Origin: Actinomycetota bacterium
GTDB taxonomy: Bacteria > Actinomycetota > Actinomycetes > Nanopelagicales > Nanopelagicaceae
Reading direction: 5' to 3'
Length of the DNA stretch: 33,379 bases
Assembly (NCBI GenBank): GCA_041178105.1
Contig: JBEGVX010000007.1
Span: 1-33,379 of the forward strand
Every line of letters starts with the position of its first letter. Position 1 is the stretch's first letter. Positions 1 through 10,600 of the stretch are shown piece by piece. Below the pieces are notes generated by a model that searched no databases, had not been told where the DNA came from, and worked only from the letters and a program-made list of their open reading frames with translations. A program made the position numbers and the translations under genes.

Positions 1-1412
1 CAGAGGCGGTCGAGAGTGAAGACTCTGAGGATCTCGGCGCCATCGCCGATGCTGCAGCAGAAGGCGCGCTCCATGGCGCGCAAGGAAATTCTGGAGTCTT
101 GCTAAGTCAGATTTTCCGAGGTTTTGCTGATGGGTTACGTGAGAATTTACCCAAGGCATTTGCTCTGGCACACGAGCGCGCATTGAAGGCAGTTGCTGAT
201 CCGAAAGAGGGAACAATCCTCTCGGTTGCGCGCGCAGCGCGTGATGCGGCAACAAGTGTGGGTTCATGGGGCAATGAGATGCGACGCGATGGTGAAATTG
301 CGCTCGCCGCATGGAAGGCAGCCCGAGCATCAACTCTTGATAGCGCAATCAATCCTCCGAGTGAGGCAGCGCGTGGAGTTATCGATGCCGGCGCACACGG
401 GATTGAACTTATCTATCGATCGCTCGTCGCAGTACTGGATGGCGAAATCGATAATGTCGACGATATTCCTTTTTACACGAGTAGTGGCTCACCTTCGCTC
501 GATGTCAGCCAAAAAAGTGATGGCGCATTCGAGGTTATGTACGAGTTAACTAATCTCTCTGAAGAGCAAGTAGAACTTCTTCGCAGAAAACTCTCTGGTA
601 TTGGGCAGAGCCTATTAATTGTTGGCGGAGCAAAGTTTTGGAAGGTTCATGTTCATACTGATTTTGTCGAAGAGTCGGTGGCTTTCGCGAAGGAGATAGG
701 CAAGCCGGAAAATATCCGTATCACAGCGCTGGATCTATCTGGATGCAAAAGTGAACGCACCCTTGTCACGGTCGCAAATGGTTCTGGTTTTGAAACGCTC
801 ATGCGCGAGTCTGGGGTCAATGTGATCAAAGCATTTGAGTCCCGTCGAGTCACTTCAGAAGAATGGGTACTTGCCGCGGGTGAGAGCACCGAAGTTATCT
901 TCATTCCGCATGATGCGCATGGCCACCAGAGCGCTCAAAATGCAGCGCAAATTTTGGAATCAGCCAAAAAAAGCGTCGCGGTAATCAATTCTTATTCCCC
1001 ACTCCAGGCACTTGCCGCAATTTCCACACATTCGGAAGACCTTGAGAGTGATTTTGTGGAAGAAGTGCATACGATGGAAGCTGCCGCGCGCGCCACACTT
1101 TCGCTCACAATCGCCATTGCGCCACGACAGATGGAAAGTTATGGCGAGGTAGTAAACCCTGGAGCTGTTATTGCGCTCCAGGACCGCAAAATAATCGCCC
1201 ATGGAGTGGATGTCGTTGATGTTGCCCATGAAGCAATCTCAAAAGTTATTAATGCTGCTACCCAGTTGATTACTTTGGTGACTGGCGCCAATGCGACTAT
1301 TGAGGTTGCGCAAGCTTTGATAGAACGTATTTCAATCGCCCATCCAACTCTTGAGGTTGCACACTATGTGGGTGGACAAGCTTGGTATCCATTGTTGATC
1401 GGAATCGAATAA
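1..1412 (+). CDS. DAK2-domain protein (FakA/YloV fatty acid kinase family), 5'-truncated by window edge
   Basis: The frame is open from the window start and reads ...GALHGAQGNSGVLLSQ (DAK2 GNSG motif), then PKEGTILSV, IDAGAHG and KVHVHT. It sits directly upstream of recG, the usual position. The ORF-track start at 99 is internal. Confidence 0.9.
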   Translation, partial: EAVESEDSEDLGAIADAAAEGALHGAQGNSGVLLSQIFRGFADGLRENLPKAFALAHERALKAVADPKEGTILSVARAARDAATSVGSWGNEMRRDGEIALAAWKAARASTLDSAINPPSEAARGVIDAGAHGIELIYRSLVAVLDGEIDNVDDIPFYTSSGSPSLDVSQKSDGAFEVMYELTNLSEEQVELLRRKLSGIGQSLLIVGGAKFWKVHVHTDFVEESVAFAKEIGKPENIRITALDLSGCKSERTLVTVANGSGFETLMRESGVNVIKAFESRRVTSEEWVLAAGESTEVIFIPHDAHGHQSAQNAAQILESAKKSVAVINSYSPLQALAAISTHSEDLESDFVEEVHTMEAAARATLSLTIAIAPRQMESYGEVVNPGAVIALQDRKIIAHGVDVVDVAHEAISKVINAATQLITLVTGANATIEVAQALIERISIAHPTLEVAHYVGGQAWYPLLIGIE

Positions 1413-3569
1413 ATGGTTGCCCTCAACGCTAAGTTGTCGGCAGCCCTGGGTGATAGAACGGCCAAGGCGCTCAATACGGCATTTGGCTACTCAACCGTTG
1501 AAGATTTACTCCATCACTATCCACGGAGATATGTGGCTCGAGGCGAACTCACTGACATTGATGAATTAAAGGATGGCGATGTTGTCACTATTTTGGCAGA
1601 GATTGTTGATACCAATAATCGTCCAATGCGCGGCCGCAAGGGATCAATTCTTGAAGTGAAAGTTAGTGATGGCAAAAAGAAATTATCACTTACCTTTTTT
1701 AATCAAGCGTGGCGAGAGCGCGAAATGCGCGTAGGTCGAACCGGTCTATTTGCTGGAAAAATTGGCACATACAAGGGGGCTCGCCAGCTAGCTCATCCTG
1801 AGTATCTTCTTATTCCTGAGGGCACTGATACTGACGAGGCAGCAGGAGAGTTTGCTGGAAAATTGATACCTGTATATCCAGCAACTGCAAAATTCCCCTC
1901 TTGGAAAATTGGTCAGTGCGTCAGGACGATTCTCGATGTAATCGACGAAGTTCCCGAGACTTTGCCAGAGGAATATCGCGGAGAGCTGCCGAGCGCCCAT
2001 CAAGCGCTTTGTGACATTCACTTACCAGATTCCCATTTGGCGGCAGCCAAAGCGCTTGAGCGGTTGACTTTCGATGAGGCGCTCTCGCTCCAATTGCTCT
2101 TGGCGCGACGCAGACATCAATTTGAGTCCCTCCATACAACCCCGCGACTCTTTCGTAGTGGTGGGCTGTTAGAAATCTTTGATCAAAATCTTCCATTCGA
2201 ACTTACTGCAGGACAAATTGCGGTGGGAGCTGAAATTGAATCCGACATGAAATCTCAGCGACCAATGCACCGGTTACTTCAAGGTGAAGTTGGTTCAGGC
2301 AAAACTATCGTTGCCCTTCGTGCGCTACTGGCTGTGGTTGATACTGGTGGTCAAGGAGCGCTACTTGCCCCCACGGAAGTTTTAGCAGCTCAACATTTTC
2401 GTTCAATCTCTGCGACGCTTGGTGAATTAGCAACGGCGGGCATGCTTGGCGGGAGTGATCGCGCAACCCGGGTAGTGCTGCTTACTGGTTCCACGCCGGC
2501 GGCGGCACGAAAAGAAGTGCTCGCACAGATTGAAGATGGTTCGGCAGGAATTGTCATCGGTACCCATGCGCTCTTAAGTGAAGGAGTTAACTTCGCAGAT
2601 TTAGGCCTTATTGTCGTTGATGAGCAACATCGATTTGGAGTTGAGCAAAGAGACGCTCTCAAATTGAAAGCACAATTACCACCGCACCTTTTGGTTATGA
2701 CCGCTACGCCAATTCCAAGAACTGTAGCTATGACTGTCTTCGGTGATTTGGATATCTCAACGTTAACTGAACTACCAAAAGGTCGCTCGCCCATCACTAC
2801 TCATGTCATTAATGAGCTTGAAAAACCACGTTACGTAGAACGGGCTTGGGAGCGCATTGTTGAAGAGGTTCGCAAGGGTGCTCAAGGCTATGTTGTGGCA
2901 CCGCGAATTGAATCTGGCAAAGAGAAATCCAGTACGTCAAACTCAGAGATAGAGCACGAGGCGCACTCTGTTGAATCTCTTTATGAGCAACTCGCTCATG
3001 GTCCATTGAAATCGGTCCGAGTGAGCGTTTTACATGGCAAATTGTTGAGCGAAGAGAAAGATCGAATCATGCGCTCCTTCTCGCAAGGTGACATTGATTG
3101 TCTAGTAGCAACGACCGTCATTGAAGTGGGAGTTGATGTTCCTAATGCCACGGTAATGGTGATTGCAGATGCAGATCGCTTTGGAATCTCGCAACTACAT
3201 CAGTTACGTGGTCGGGTTGGTCGTGGCTCCAAACCAGGGTTATGTCTATTGCTGACCAAAGTTGAAGAACAGAGCTCTGCGATGGAGCGCCTGCAGGCAG
3301 TTGCAAATTCGCTCGATGGGTTTGAACTCGCTCGAGTCGATCTTGATCAACGTCGCGAAGGTGATGTGCTTGGCACTGCGCAATCGGGGAGTCGATCCCA
3401 GTTGCGCTTGTTGCGTGTGTTGCGAGATGAGAAGATCATCGAGCGTGCGCGGGATGTTGCAAACGAAATCATCGCTGCTGACCCAGAGCTCAAGCGCCAT
3501 GTTGCGCTACGGGATGAACTTGCCAAGTTAGAACGTGACGAACGTTCAGATTTTATCGAGAAGGCGTGA
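1413..3569 (+). CDS. recG: ATP-dependent DNA helicase RecG
   Basis: LLHHYPRRY, RLLQGEVGSGKT, DEQHRFGVEQR, MTATPIPRT, QLHQLRGRVGRG, plus an N-terminal OB/wedge region. Confidence 0.97.
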   Translation: MVALNAKLSAALGDRTAKALNTAFGYSTVEDLLHHYPRRYVARGELTDIDELKDGDVVTILAEIVDTNNRPMRGRKGSILEVKVSDGKKKLSLTFFNQAWREREMRVGRTGLFAGKIGTYKGARQLAHPEYLLIPEGTDTDEAAGEFAGKLIPVYPATAKFPSWKIGQCVRTILDVIDEVPETLPEEYRGELPSAHQALCDIHLPDSHLAAAKALERLTFDEALSLQLLLARRRHQFESLHTTPRLFRSGGLLEIFDQNLPFELTAGQIAVGAEIESDMKSQRPMHRLLQGEVGSGKTIVALRALLAVVDTGGQGALLAPTEVLAAQHFRSISATLGELATAGMLGGSDRATRVVLLTGSTPAAARKEVLAQIEDGSAGIVIGTHALLSEGVNFADLGLIVVDEQHRFGVEQRDALKLKAQLPPHLLVMTATPIPRTVAMTVFGDLDISTLTELPKGRSPITTHVINELEKPRYVERAWERIVEEVRKGAQGYVVAPRIESGKEKSSTSNSEIEHEAHSVESLYEQLAHGPLKSVRVSVLHGKLLSEEKDRIMRSFSQGDIDCLVATTVIEVGVDVPNATVMVIADADRFGISQLHQLRGRVGRGSKPGLCLLLTKVEEQSSAMERLQAVANSLDGFELARVDLDQRREGDVLGTAQSGSRSQLRLLRVLRDEKIIERARDVANEIIAADPELKRHVALRDELAKLERDERSDFIEKA

Positions 3570-3578
3570 CGGGTCACC

Positions 3579-4157
3579 ATGAGAATCATTGCGGGTAACG
3601 CTAAGGGGCGAATACTTCTCCAACCAGCAGGAGTAACACGGCCAACTTCAGATCGGACTCGAGAGGGAATCTTTTCGGCGCTCGAATCAGAAATCGGTAC
3701 ATGTGAAGGAATTACTTTCCTTGATTTGTTTAGCGGAACAGGTGCGGTCGGGTTAGAAGCGCTTTCGCGCGGTGCGAGCGAAGTCGTCGCAGTGGAAAAA
3801 GATAAAAAAGCTGCGGCAGTATGCCGTGAGAATTATGAATTGGTAAAGAGTTCTGTATTAGGCAAATTTTCGACCCTTCAAATGAGCGTTGATAGTTACC
3901 TAGATCTTGAACAATCAAAATTACTTAACTCTGATGTGGTCTACCTTGACCCCCCGTACGAAGTGGCAAATGAGGTTATTGAGAAGGTTCTCAGTAAAAT
4001 CCTGGAGCGAGGAATTCTTCACCCCGATGCAGTGGTGATTGTCGAAAGATCCTCTCGCGTTGCGCCCTTCAGTTGGCCCACAGGGCTCCTGGCCAGCAAG
4101 GAGCGAAAATACGGAGAAGGCGCTGTTTACTTTGGTTTACTCTCCGCCATTTCTTGA
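3579..4157 (+). CDS. rsmD: 16S rRNA (guanine966-N2)-methyltransferase
   Basis: MRIIAG, TRPTSDRTRE, LDLFSGTG, EALSRGA and DPPY motifs; recG-rsmD-coaD synteny. Confidence 0.95.
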   Translation: MRIIAGNAKGRILLQPAGVTRPTSDRTREGIFSALESEIGTCEGITFLDLFSGTGAVGLEALSRGASEVVAVEKDKKAAAVCRENYELVKSSVLGKFSTLQMSVDSYLDLEQSKLLNSDVVYLDPPYEVANEVIEKVLSKILERGILHPDAVVIVERSSRVAPFSWPTGLLASKERKYGEGAVYFGLLSAIS

Positions 4158-4182
4158 TTTCTCGCCCTGACCCTGCCCTGCT

Positions 4183-4191
4183 TGCTACCGT
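4183..4191 (+). promoter_or_regulatory. Extended -10 element (TGcTACCGT) of a probable leaderless coaD transcript
   Basis: TAnnnT hexamer at 4186-4191, 6 nt before ATG 4198; no SD sequence. Confidence 0.55.
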
Positions 4192-4197
4192 GTCCTC

Positions 4198-4683
4198 ATG
4201 ATGCGCGTTGTTTGTCCAGGTTCGTTCGATCCCATCACCTTTGGACATCTTGATGTCATCGAACGTGCCAGCGAGCAGTTTGATGAAGTCGTGGTTGCGG
4301 TTCTGGTCAATCGGACGAAAGGTTCACTCTTTTCGGTCGAAGAGCGGATGGAAATGATTCGCGAGACAGTCAAGGCTTTCCCGAATGTCAAAGTGGATTC
4401 GTGGAGCGGCCTGCTCATCGATTATTGCAAGGAACGGAAGATCCCTGCGATTGTTAAAGGCCTTCGAGCGGTTAGTGATTTTGATTATGAGCTCCAAATG
4501 GCGCAGATGAATCGCCAGCTCTCCGGGATAGAAACGTTATTCATGGCGACAAGACCTGAATTTTCTTTCCTCTCCTCATCATTGGTCAAAGAGTTGGCAA
4601 CGTATGGGGGAGATGTCACGACCTATGTGCCCGCACCTGTGCATGCTTCGCTTGTCGAACGAATAGCAGGAGGTAAGCGATAG
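4198..4683 (+). CDS. coaD: Phosphopantetheine adenylyltransferase
   Basis: PGSFDPITFGH, VKGLRAVSDFDYELQMA, SFLSSSLVKE. Confidence 0.97.
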   Translation: MMRVVCPGSFDPITFGHLDVIERASEQFDEVVVAVLVNRTKGSLFSVEERMEMIRETVKAFPNVKVDSWSGLLIDYCKERKIPAIVKGLRAVSDFDYELQMAQMNRQLSGIETLFMATRPEFSFLSSSLVKELATYGGDVTTYVPAPVHASLVERIAGGKR

Positions 4684-5163
4684 ATGGAGTCCTTAGATAA
4701 GTTGCAACTGGCCATCTCCATGGTGGAGGAGGCGCGCTCAGTACCTCTTAGCGCCTCGTGCGTAGTTCACCGAGGTGAATTACTTGGCATTCTCGATGAA
4801 GTGAAGTTAAGCCTTCCCTCCGATTTAGATGCTGCTTCAAAAGTTCTTACAGATCGAGATTCCATCATTGAAGAAGGTCGCATCAGCGCCGAACAACTTG
4901 TCGCCATGGCTCGTGAAGAGGCTGCGCGATTGGTGGAGCAAACTGAGATTGTCATTGCTGCTCGGGCAGAGGCAGAGCGAATCTTGAGTGAAGCCCATCA
5001 AAGCGCTCAAGAACAGCGTGATGAGGTGGATTCCTATATCGATTCACGACTTGCGACATTGGAAGTCATTCTTACCAAGACCATGGATGCAGTAGTTAAA
5101 GGACGAGAACGAATTGCTGGCGCGAGCGAGAAGGATGTCCTTTCACAGCTAGCAGATGAATAG
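4684..5163 (+). CDS. sepIVA: SepIVA-like (DivIVA-related) coiled-coil protein
   Basis: VEEARSVPLSASCVV N-terminus followed by Ala/Glu-rich heptad coiled coil; conserved actinobacterial position between coaD and yceD. Confidence 0.7.
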   Translation: MESLDKLQLAISMVEEARSVPLSASCVVHRGELLGILDEVKLSLPSDLDAASKVLTDRDSIIEEGRISAEQLVAMAREEAARLVEQTEIVIAARAEAERILSEAHQSAQEQRDEVDSYIDSRLATLEVILTKTMDAVVKGRERIAGASEKDVLSQLADE

Positions 5164-5178
5164 CGGGAGTTAATAAGT

Positions 5179-5748
5179 ATGGCTACCCACGCACACTCCT
5201 CACATATCTCCGAATTCTCAATTTCTATTCACGACCTTCGTCGCCAACCTGGGGAGATGATGGCGATTTCGCGTTCATTTCTCTCGCCAGAGCGAGTAGG
5301 AATTGATGTGATTGCGATTGAACTGGGGAGTGAAATCTCTATTTCAGGAAAAGTTGAGTCAGTTTCTACGGGCGTGCTTGCCAGTTGTGAGATCGAAGCA
5401 ATTGCCAGAGGCGAATGTGTTCGTTGTTTAGATCCCATCGCTCTTCCTGTTCGCGCATTGATCCAGGAACTCTACTTTTATGCTCTTCCAGTTGACTTGG
5501 ATGAAGACGAAGATGAACCGTTATTGATCTCCGATGAACATATTGATTTGCTACCTCCGATTCGAGATGCGGTAATACTCGATCTGCCGATGACGCCGCA
5601 TTGCTCCGAAAGGTGCCCTGGCCTCTGTCCTGAATGTGGCGAGAAGATTGCCGAGAACCCAGAGGGCCATAGCCATGAAAGCATCGACCCGCGGTGGAGC
5701 AAACTTAGAGATCTCCCCGACTTGGGCGAGGGTGGGCGCTCGCAGTAG
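5179..5748 (+). CDS. yceD: YceD/DUF177 family protein
   Basis: ECVRCL, CSERCPGLCPECG, IDPRWSKL; immediately upstream of rpmF. Confidence 0.92.
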   Translation: MATHAHSSHISEFSISIHDLRRQPGEMMAISRSFLSPERVGIDVIAIELGSEISISGKVESVSTGVLASCEIEAIARGECVRCLDPIALPVRALIQELYFYALPVDLDEDEDEPLLISDEHIDLLPPIRDAVILDLPMTPHCSERCPGLCPECGEKIAENPEGHSHESIDPRWSKLRDLPDLGEGGRSQ

Positions 5749-5824
5749 CCCCCGTTACCCCCCCGGTTTCTTCTGGTTTCTTGTTTTTTTGGCAAATTCA
5801 CCCTCAATGAGGGATAGTTCTCCC

Positions 5825-5998
5825 ATGCCAGTACCAAAGCGAAAGCTCTCCCGTGCCCGAACTCGTTGGCGCCGGAGCATGTGGCGTACCAGCGCAGCGA
5901 ACACCGTTCTCTGCGAACAGTGCCGTCAACCACGTTTACAACATATCGCGTGCCCTACATGCGGCACCTATCGGGACCGTAACGCTCTAGAGGTTTAA
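5825..5998 (+). CDS. rpmF: 50S ribosomal protein L32 (zinc-ribbon form)
   Basis: MPVPKRKLSRARTRWRR...CEQC...HIACPTCGTY, 57 aa. The true start is ATG 5825, not the ORF-track 5636. Confidence 0.95.
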   Translation: MPVPKRKLSRARTRWRRSMWRTSAANTVLCEQCRQPRLQHIACPTCGTYRDRNALEV

Positions 5999-6006
5999 GC
6001 ACGACT

Positions 6007-6684
6007 ATGCATCGCGACCTAACTCAGGCTCTCGGTGCTGAGGTTGATGAGCAACTCCTTGAAATAGCGCTTACCCACCGTTCTTTCGCCTACGAATCTG
6101 GTGGCCTTCCCACATATGAACGGTTGGAATTTCTCGGCGATAGCGTTTTGGGTCTAATAGTCACCGCGGAGTTATATCAACGCTACCCAGATTTACCCGA
6201 GAGCAGATTAAGTCCGCTTCGCTCCGGAATTGTGAATACCGTGGCGCTCGCCGAAGTCGCACGAACTCTTGGACTTGGCAATCACATCAAAATTGGTAAA
6301 GGCGAAGAGAGCTCTGGTGGGCGAGCAAAAGCATCGATTCTTGCCGATTCGCTAGAGGCGCTCTTTGGAGCGCTCTATATCGATAAAGGTTTTGAAGCGA
6401 CAAAGAACATCATTCTGCCTCTGATCTCGCCTCTTATTGCACATGCCTTAGAGAGAGGTGCCGGGCTTGATGGCAAGACTGCTCTGCAAGAGTTAGTAGC
6501 AGAACGAAATATGGGAGCTCCTGAATATGTGGTGACAGATACTGGCCCGGATCACGATAAAGATTTTGTAGCCGAAGTGCGCGTGCAGGGCAAAGTTGTG
6601 GGGCGCGGAACTGGAAAGAGTAAGCGCGAGGCAGAACAGATTGCGGCAACGATGGCATTCACTACATTAAGCGACCGTGCCTGA
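6007..6684 (+). CDS. rnc: Ribonuclease III
   Basis: ALTHRS, ERLEFLGDSVL, ADSLEALFGALY; C-terminal dsRBD (KTALQE...SKREAEQIAA). Confidence 0.97.
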   Translation: MHRDLTQALGAEVDEQLLEIALTHRSFAYESGGLPTYERLEFLGDSVLGLIVTAELYQRYPDLPESRLSPLRSGIVNTVALAEVARTLGLGNHIKIGKGEESSGGRAKASILADSLEALFGALYIDKGFEATKNIILPLISPLIAHALERGAGLDGKTALQELVAERNMGAPEYVVTDTGPDHDKDFVAEVRVQGKVVGRGTGKSKREAEQIAATMAFTTLSDRA

Positions 6685-7567
6685 GCTACCTGAAGTAGAG
6701 ACCGTCCGAAGCGAACTAGCTCGGTGGTTGCCAGGAAAGAGAATTTCAGCGGTAAAAATCCTCCATCCACGAGCAGTTAGACGCAGCAAAGGACCATCCC
6801 TGCGAAGCGCACGAAATCCATTGTTGGGAGCAAAAGTTGTGGCGGTCAACCGCCGCGGCAAATTTATTTGGCTCACCTTTGATCGCCCATATGCGCTCGT
6901 GATTCATTTAGGCATGAGCGGCCAAGTACATTTACCAAAAGTTCCAGCACTTCGATCATCACATGTTCGCGCGCGCATTGAATTTAGTAATGGCAATCGG
7001 GAGTTGCAATTTGAAGATCAAAGAACTTTTGGATATCTAGCCTTAGAAGAGATGGCAGAAGATCTCCATCGCGGCCATCAATTTGGGGGAGTCATTCCAC
7101 AATCAATTACTCACATCGCCCCAGATTTAATGGAGGTTTTTGAGGAGCAGACCCCCACTTATTCATTAGAGGTAATTAACGAAAAAATTCGTTCGCGAAA
7201 GAGCGAGATTAAGCGGGTTCTTCTCAATCAAGAGGTGGTTAGCGGAGTGGGAAATATCTACGCCGATGAAGGTCTATGGGCTGCCAAAATTCACCCTGAA
7301 ATCCACGCAAACACTTTGGAGCGATCGGAAGTTGAAAAATTGCTCGGAGCGCTCCGGGACGTGATGGCGCGTGCCATTGCTGCGGGGGGAAGCTCAATAG
7401 ATGAGCAGTACAAAAGAGTGAACGGTGAGAGCGGATATTTCGATCTCGAACTCAACGCTTATGGCCAAGAGGGGGAGCCCTGCCCCCGGTGTGGAACCCT
7501 CATCCAAAGGTTGAGGTTTATGAATCGCTCCAGCCACCTCTGCCCGAAGTGCCAGAAGAAGCGGTAA
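6677..7567 (+). CDS. mutM: Formamidopyrimidine-DNA glycosylase
   Basis: N-terminal PELPEVE, RRGKF, HLGMSG, GVGNIYADE; C-terminal CPRC/CPKC zinc finger. Confidence 0.96.
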   Translation: MPELPEVETVRSELARWLPGKRISAVKILHPRAVRRSKGPSLRSARNPLLGAKVVAVNRRGKFIWLTFDRPYALVIHLGMSGQVHLPKVPALRSSHVRARIEFSNGNRELQFEDQRTFGYLALEEMAEDLHRGHQFGGVIPQSITHIAPDLMEVFEEQTPTYSLEVINEKIRSRKSEIKRVLLNQEVVSGVGNIYADEGLWAAKIHPEIHANTLERSEVEKLLGALRDVMARAIAAGGSSIDEQYKRVNGESGYFDLELNAYGQEGEPCPRCGTLIQRLRFMNRSSHLCPKCQKKR

Positions 7568-7631
7568 CCAGTAGTTAGGGTAGGCGGAGCAAAATGTAAG
7601 GGAAATACCGAAAGGGGGTGGCTCTCAACCG

Positions 7632-10600
7632 ATGTACCTCAAGGCGCTCACCCTCAAAGGTTTCAAGTCCTTTGCCTCTGCCACCACGCTTCGCTTTGAA
7701 CCTGGGATTACCTGCGTGGTCGGTCCCAATGGATCCGGAAAATCGAACATCATTGACGCGCTCACTTGGGTTATGGGCGAACAAGGGGCGAAGAGCCTGC
7801 GCGGTGGAAAGATGGAAGATGTCATCTTTGCGGGTACTACCGGACGCGCCCCACTTGGTCGCGCAGAAGTTTCTGTAACTATTGATAACACCGATGGCGC
7901 ACTTCCTATTGAATTTTCTGAAGTAACAATTTCGCGCATCCTTTTCCGCAATGGTACGAGCGAATATCAAATCAACGGTGAGACCTCCCGACTGCTAGAC
8001 ATTCAGGAGTTGTTAAGTGATAGCGGTATCGGTCGCGAAATGCACGTTGTAGTGGGACAGGGTCAACTCGACTCAATCCTTTCCGCTAATCCGGAAGAAC
8101 GACGCGCTTTCATCGAGGAAGCTTCGGGAATTCTTAAGCATCGCAAACGGAAGGAGAAAGCGCTTAGAAAGTTAGAGGCGATGCAAGCAAACTTTGCACG
8201 AATCCAGGATTTACTCACCGAACTTCGTCGACAACTCAAACCGCTAGGCAAACAAGCAGAAGTGGCAAAGAAAGCGGCAACGATTCAAGCAGATGTTCGT
8301 GATGCAAAATTGCGCTTATATGCTGAAGACTTAATTACGCTTCAAGAGACTTTTACAGTTGAGGTCGCTGATGAGGGAGCGCTCCGTGCGCGAAGAAGTG
8401 AGGTGGAGCGCGAACTAGAAGTTATCCGCGCTCGCGAAGGCGAATTAGAACAACTTACTTTCTCCCAGGCTCCAGTACTTGCGAAAGCACAAGATACTTT
8501 TTACCAACTCAATTCACTTCGCGAGAGATTCCGTGGCAGCGCCAATTTGGCAAGCGAGCGAGCACGTTATCTCTCAGATTCTGAAGAGGTGCTTGCTTCA
8601 ACCGTTGATCCTGAGGCGATGGAGCGCGATGCTTCTGGAATTAGAGAGCAAGAGCGGGCGCTTCGTCAGACTTTAGTTGCGCAACAAGAGGCACTTACCG
8701 TTGCCAGCGCAAATCTTGCTGGAGCAGAGGCAGAGCTAAAGGCTCGAGAGAATGCATTAGCTCAAGCGCTTCGAGCAGCTGCTGATGTGCGCGAAGGAAA
8801 TGCACGACGAGAGGGTGAAATCAACTCACTTCTTTCGAGAATCCAAGCCAGTGAAGCAGAGATAGCCCGCCTCTCACGTAATCGCGATGATGCGCTCAAC
8901 CGAGCAGCGCAGGCCCAACAGCAGTTCGCAGCAAAAGAGGCAGAGATTGCAGGGCATGGCGCAGGCGAAGAGGAATTGGATTCTGATTACCAAGGCAAAA
9001 AGAGCGCCCTTGATTCAGCGAATGCAGAGTTAGAGTCTTTACGCGATCGAGAACGTTCAATTGAGCGGGAGCGTTCTTCCACTCAAGCACGAGTCGAAGC
9101 GCTCAAACTTTCAGTCGCATCACGTGATGGCAGCGCAGCGCTACTCAATTCTCGAAATGAAGTACCTGTTCTTGGTTCGCTAGCATCTTTAATGGAAGTG
9201 GCTTCGGGGTGGGAGATTGCAATAGGTGCTGCACTTGGTTCCCTTGCCGATGCAGTGGTCGTTGGTCGCCTCTCTGATGCCCTCGACGCCCTCACCTTGT
9301 TAAAGCGCGAGAATGCAGGTCGCGCTGAGATTGTCGTTGTTGGTTCGCTTGAAACTCCACTTCAAGTATTTAACCAACCATTGCCACAAGGTGCGTATAG
9401 GGCAGTGGATGTCATTCGAACTGTCCAACTACAACGTCCACTCGCACAATTTCTTGGCAATACGGTTATCGCAGAGTCGTTGAACATCGCACATTCGATC
9501 CTGCAGCAATATCCGACGCTTCGGGTGGTCACTAAAGAGGGCGATATTCTCGGTCGAGATTTAGTTAGCGGTGGTTCAAAGCGCGAATCAAGCATCGTCG
9601 AATTAAATGCTGCCATCGAAGTAAGTGAGCAGAAGTTAGTTGAACTCACACATAACGGTGAACGTTTGAGATTTGAAATTTCACAAGCTGTCGAAAAGGT
9701 AAATGCACAGCGAAACGAACTAGAAAGATTGCTTGCGGCACTTAATGAATCAGATGCGCGAATGGCAGCTCTTGCCGAGCAGATTGCTGTTTTTAGTCAG
9801 ACTCGTTCGGCAGCGCATGCTGAGGCTGAGCGACTAACTGCATCAATTGGTGAAGCCAACGATTTAATCGCCAGCTATCAGAGTGATTTGATTGCGCTGC
9901 AAAGCGCCCCTATAGCTGTAACTCCTGTAGTTGAACCGCAGAGTTTTGATGTAGACGCTCTTCGGGAGAGAGTTTCGTTAGCTCGGACTGTCGAGATGGA
10001 AGCGCGATTGACTTTACGAACTGGCGAAGAGCGGGCAAACGCGATGGCAGAGCGCGCAGTAGCGCTAGAGCGCGGAGCGCAGAATGAGCGAGATTCGCGA
10101 GTGCGCGCGATTGCTAAACGTGAGGCGCGTGCTACCGCCGCCGTTGTGGCACAACGGCTCGCTGAAATTGCTTACGACGCTCTGATTCAGATTGAAGTTT
10201 CTATAACAAAAGCGATGGCAGAGCGGAGCGCTCTCGAATCCGCGCGAACTGAGCGCGAAGGTGAAATTCTTGCCGTTCGATCGAAAAATCGTGAGCTAAC
10301 CGCTGAGATGGAACAACTGACAGATAGCGTGCATAAAGATGAGATTGCAAGAGCTGAACAGCGAATGCGGATTGAACAACTTGAAGAGAAGATTATTACT
10401 GAGTTTGGTCTCGACACCGCCACGTTGATTGGTGAGTATGGACCAACAAATGATGTACCAACATTTGTTCTCGATGACGATGGTCAGGTCATTTCTACCG
10501 AAGTTATTCCGTATCGCCGCGATCAACAAGAAAAGCGCCTTGCAGCTGCCGAGCGCTCACTTGCCCTATTGGGCAAAATCAATCCACTAGCGCTAGAAGA

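Noticed and set aside
5636-5824. N-terminal extension of rpmF in the ORF track (similarly amt 12068, rpsP 15376, rnhB 18722, comM 19788, crtYc 32037, pnuC 32081)
   Set aside because: These extensions overlap neighbouring genes or regulatory RNA. Family N-termini and SD or -10 positions point to the downstream starts used in the features.
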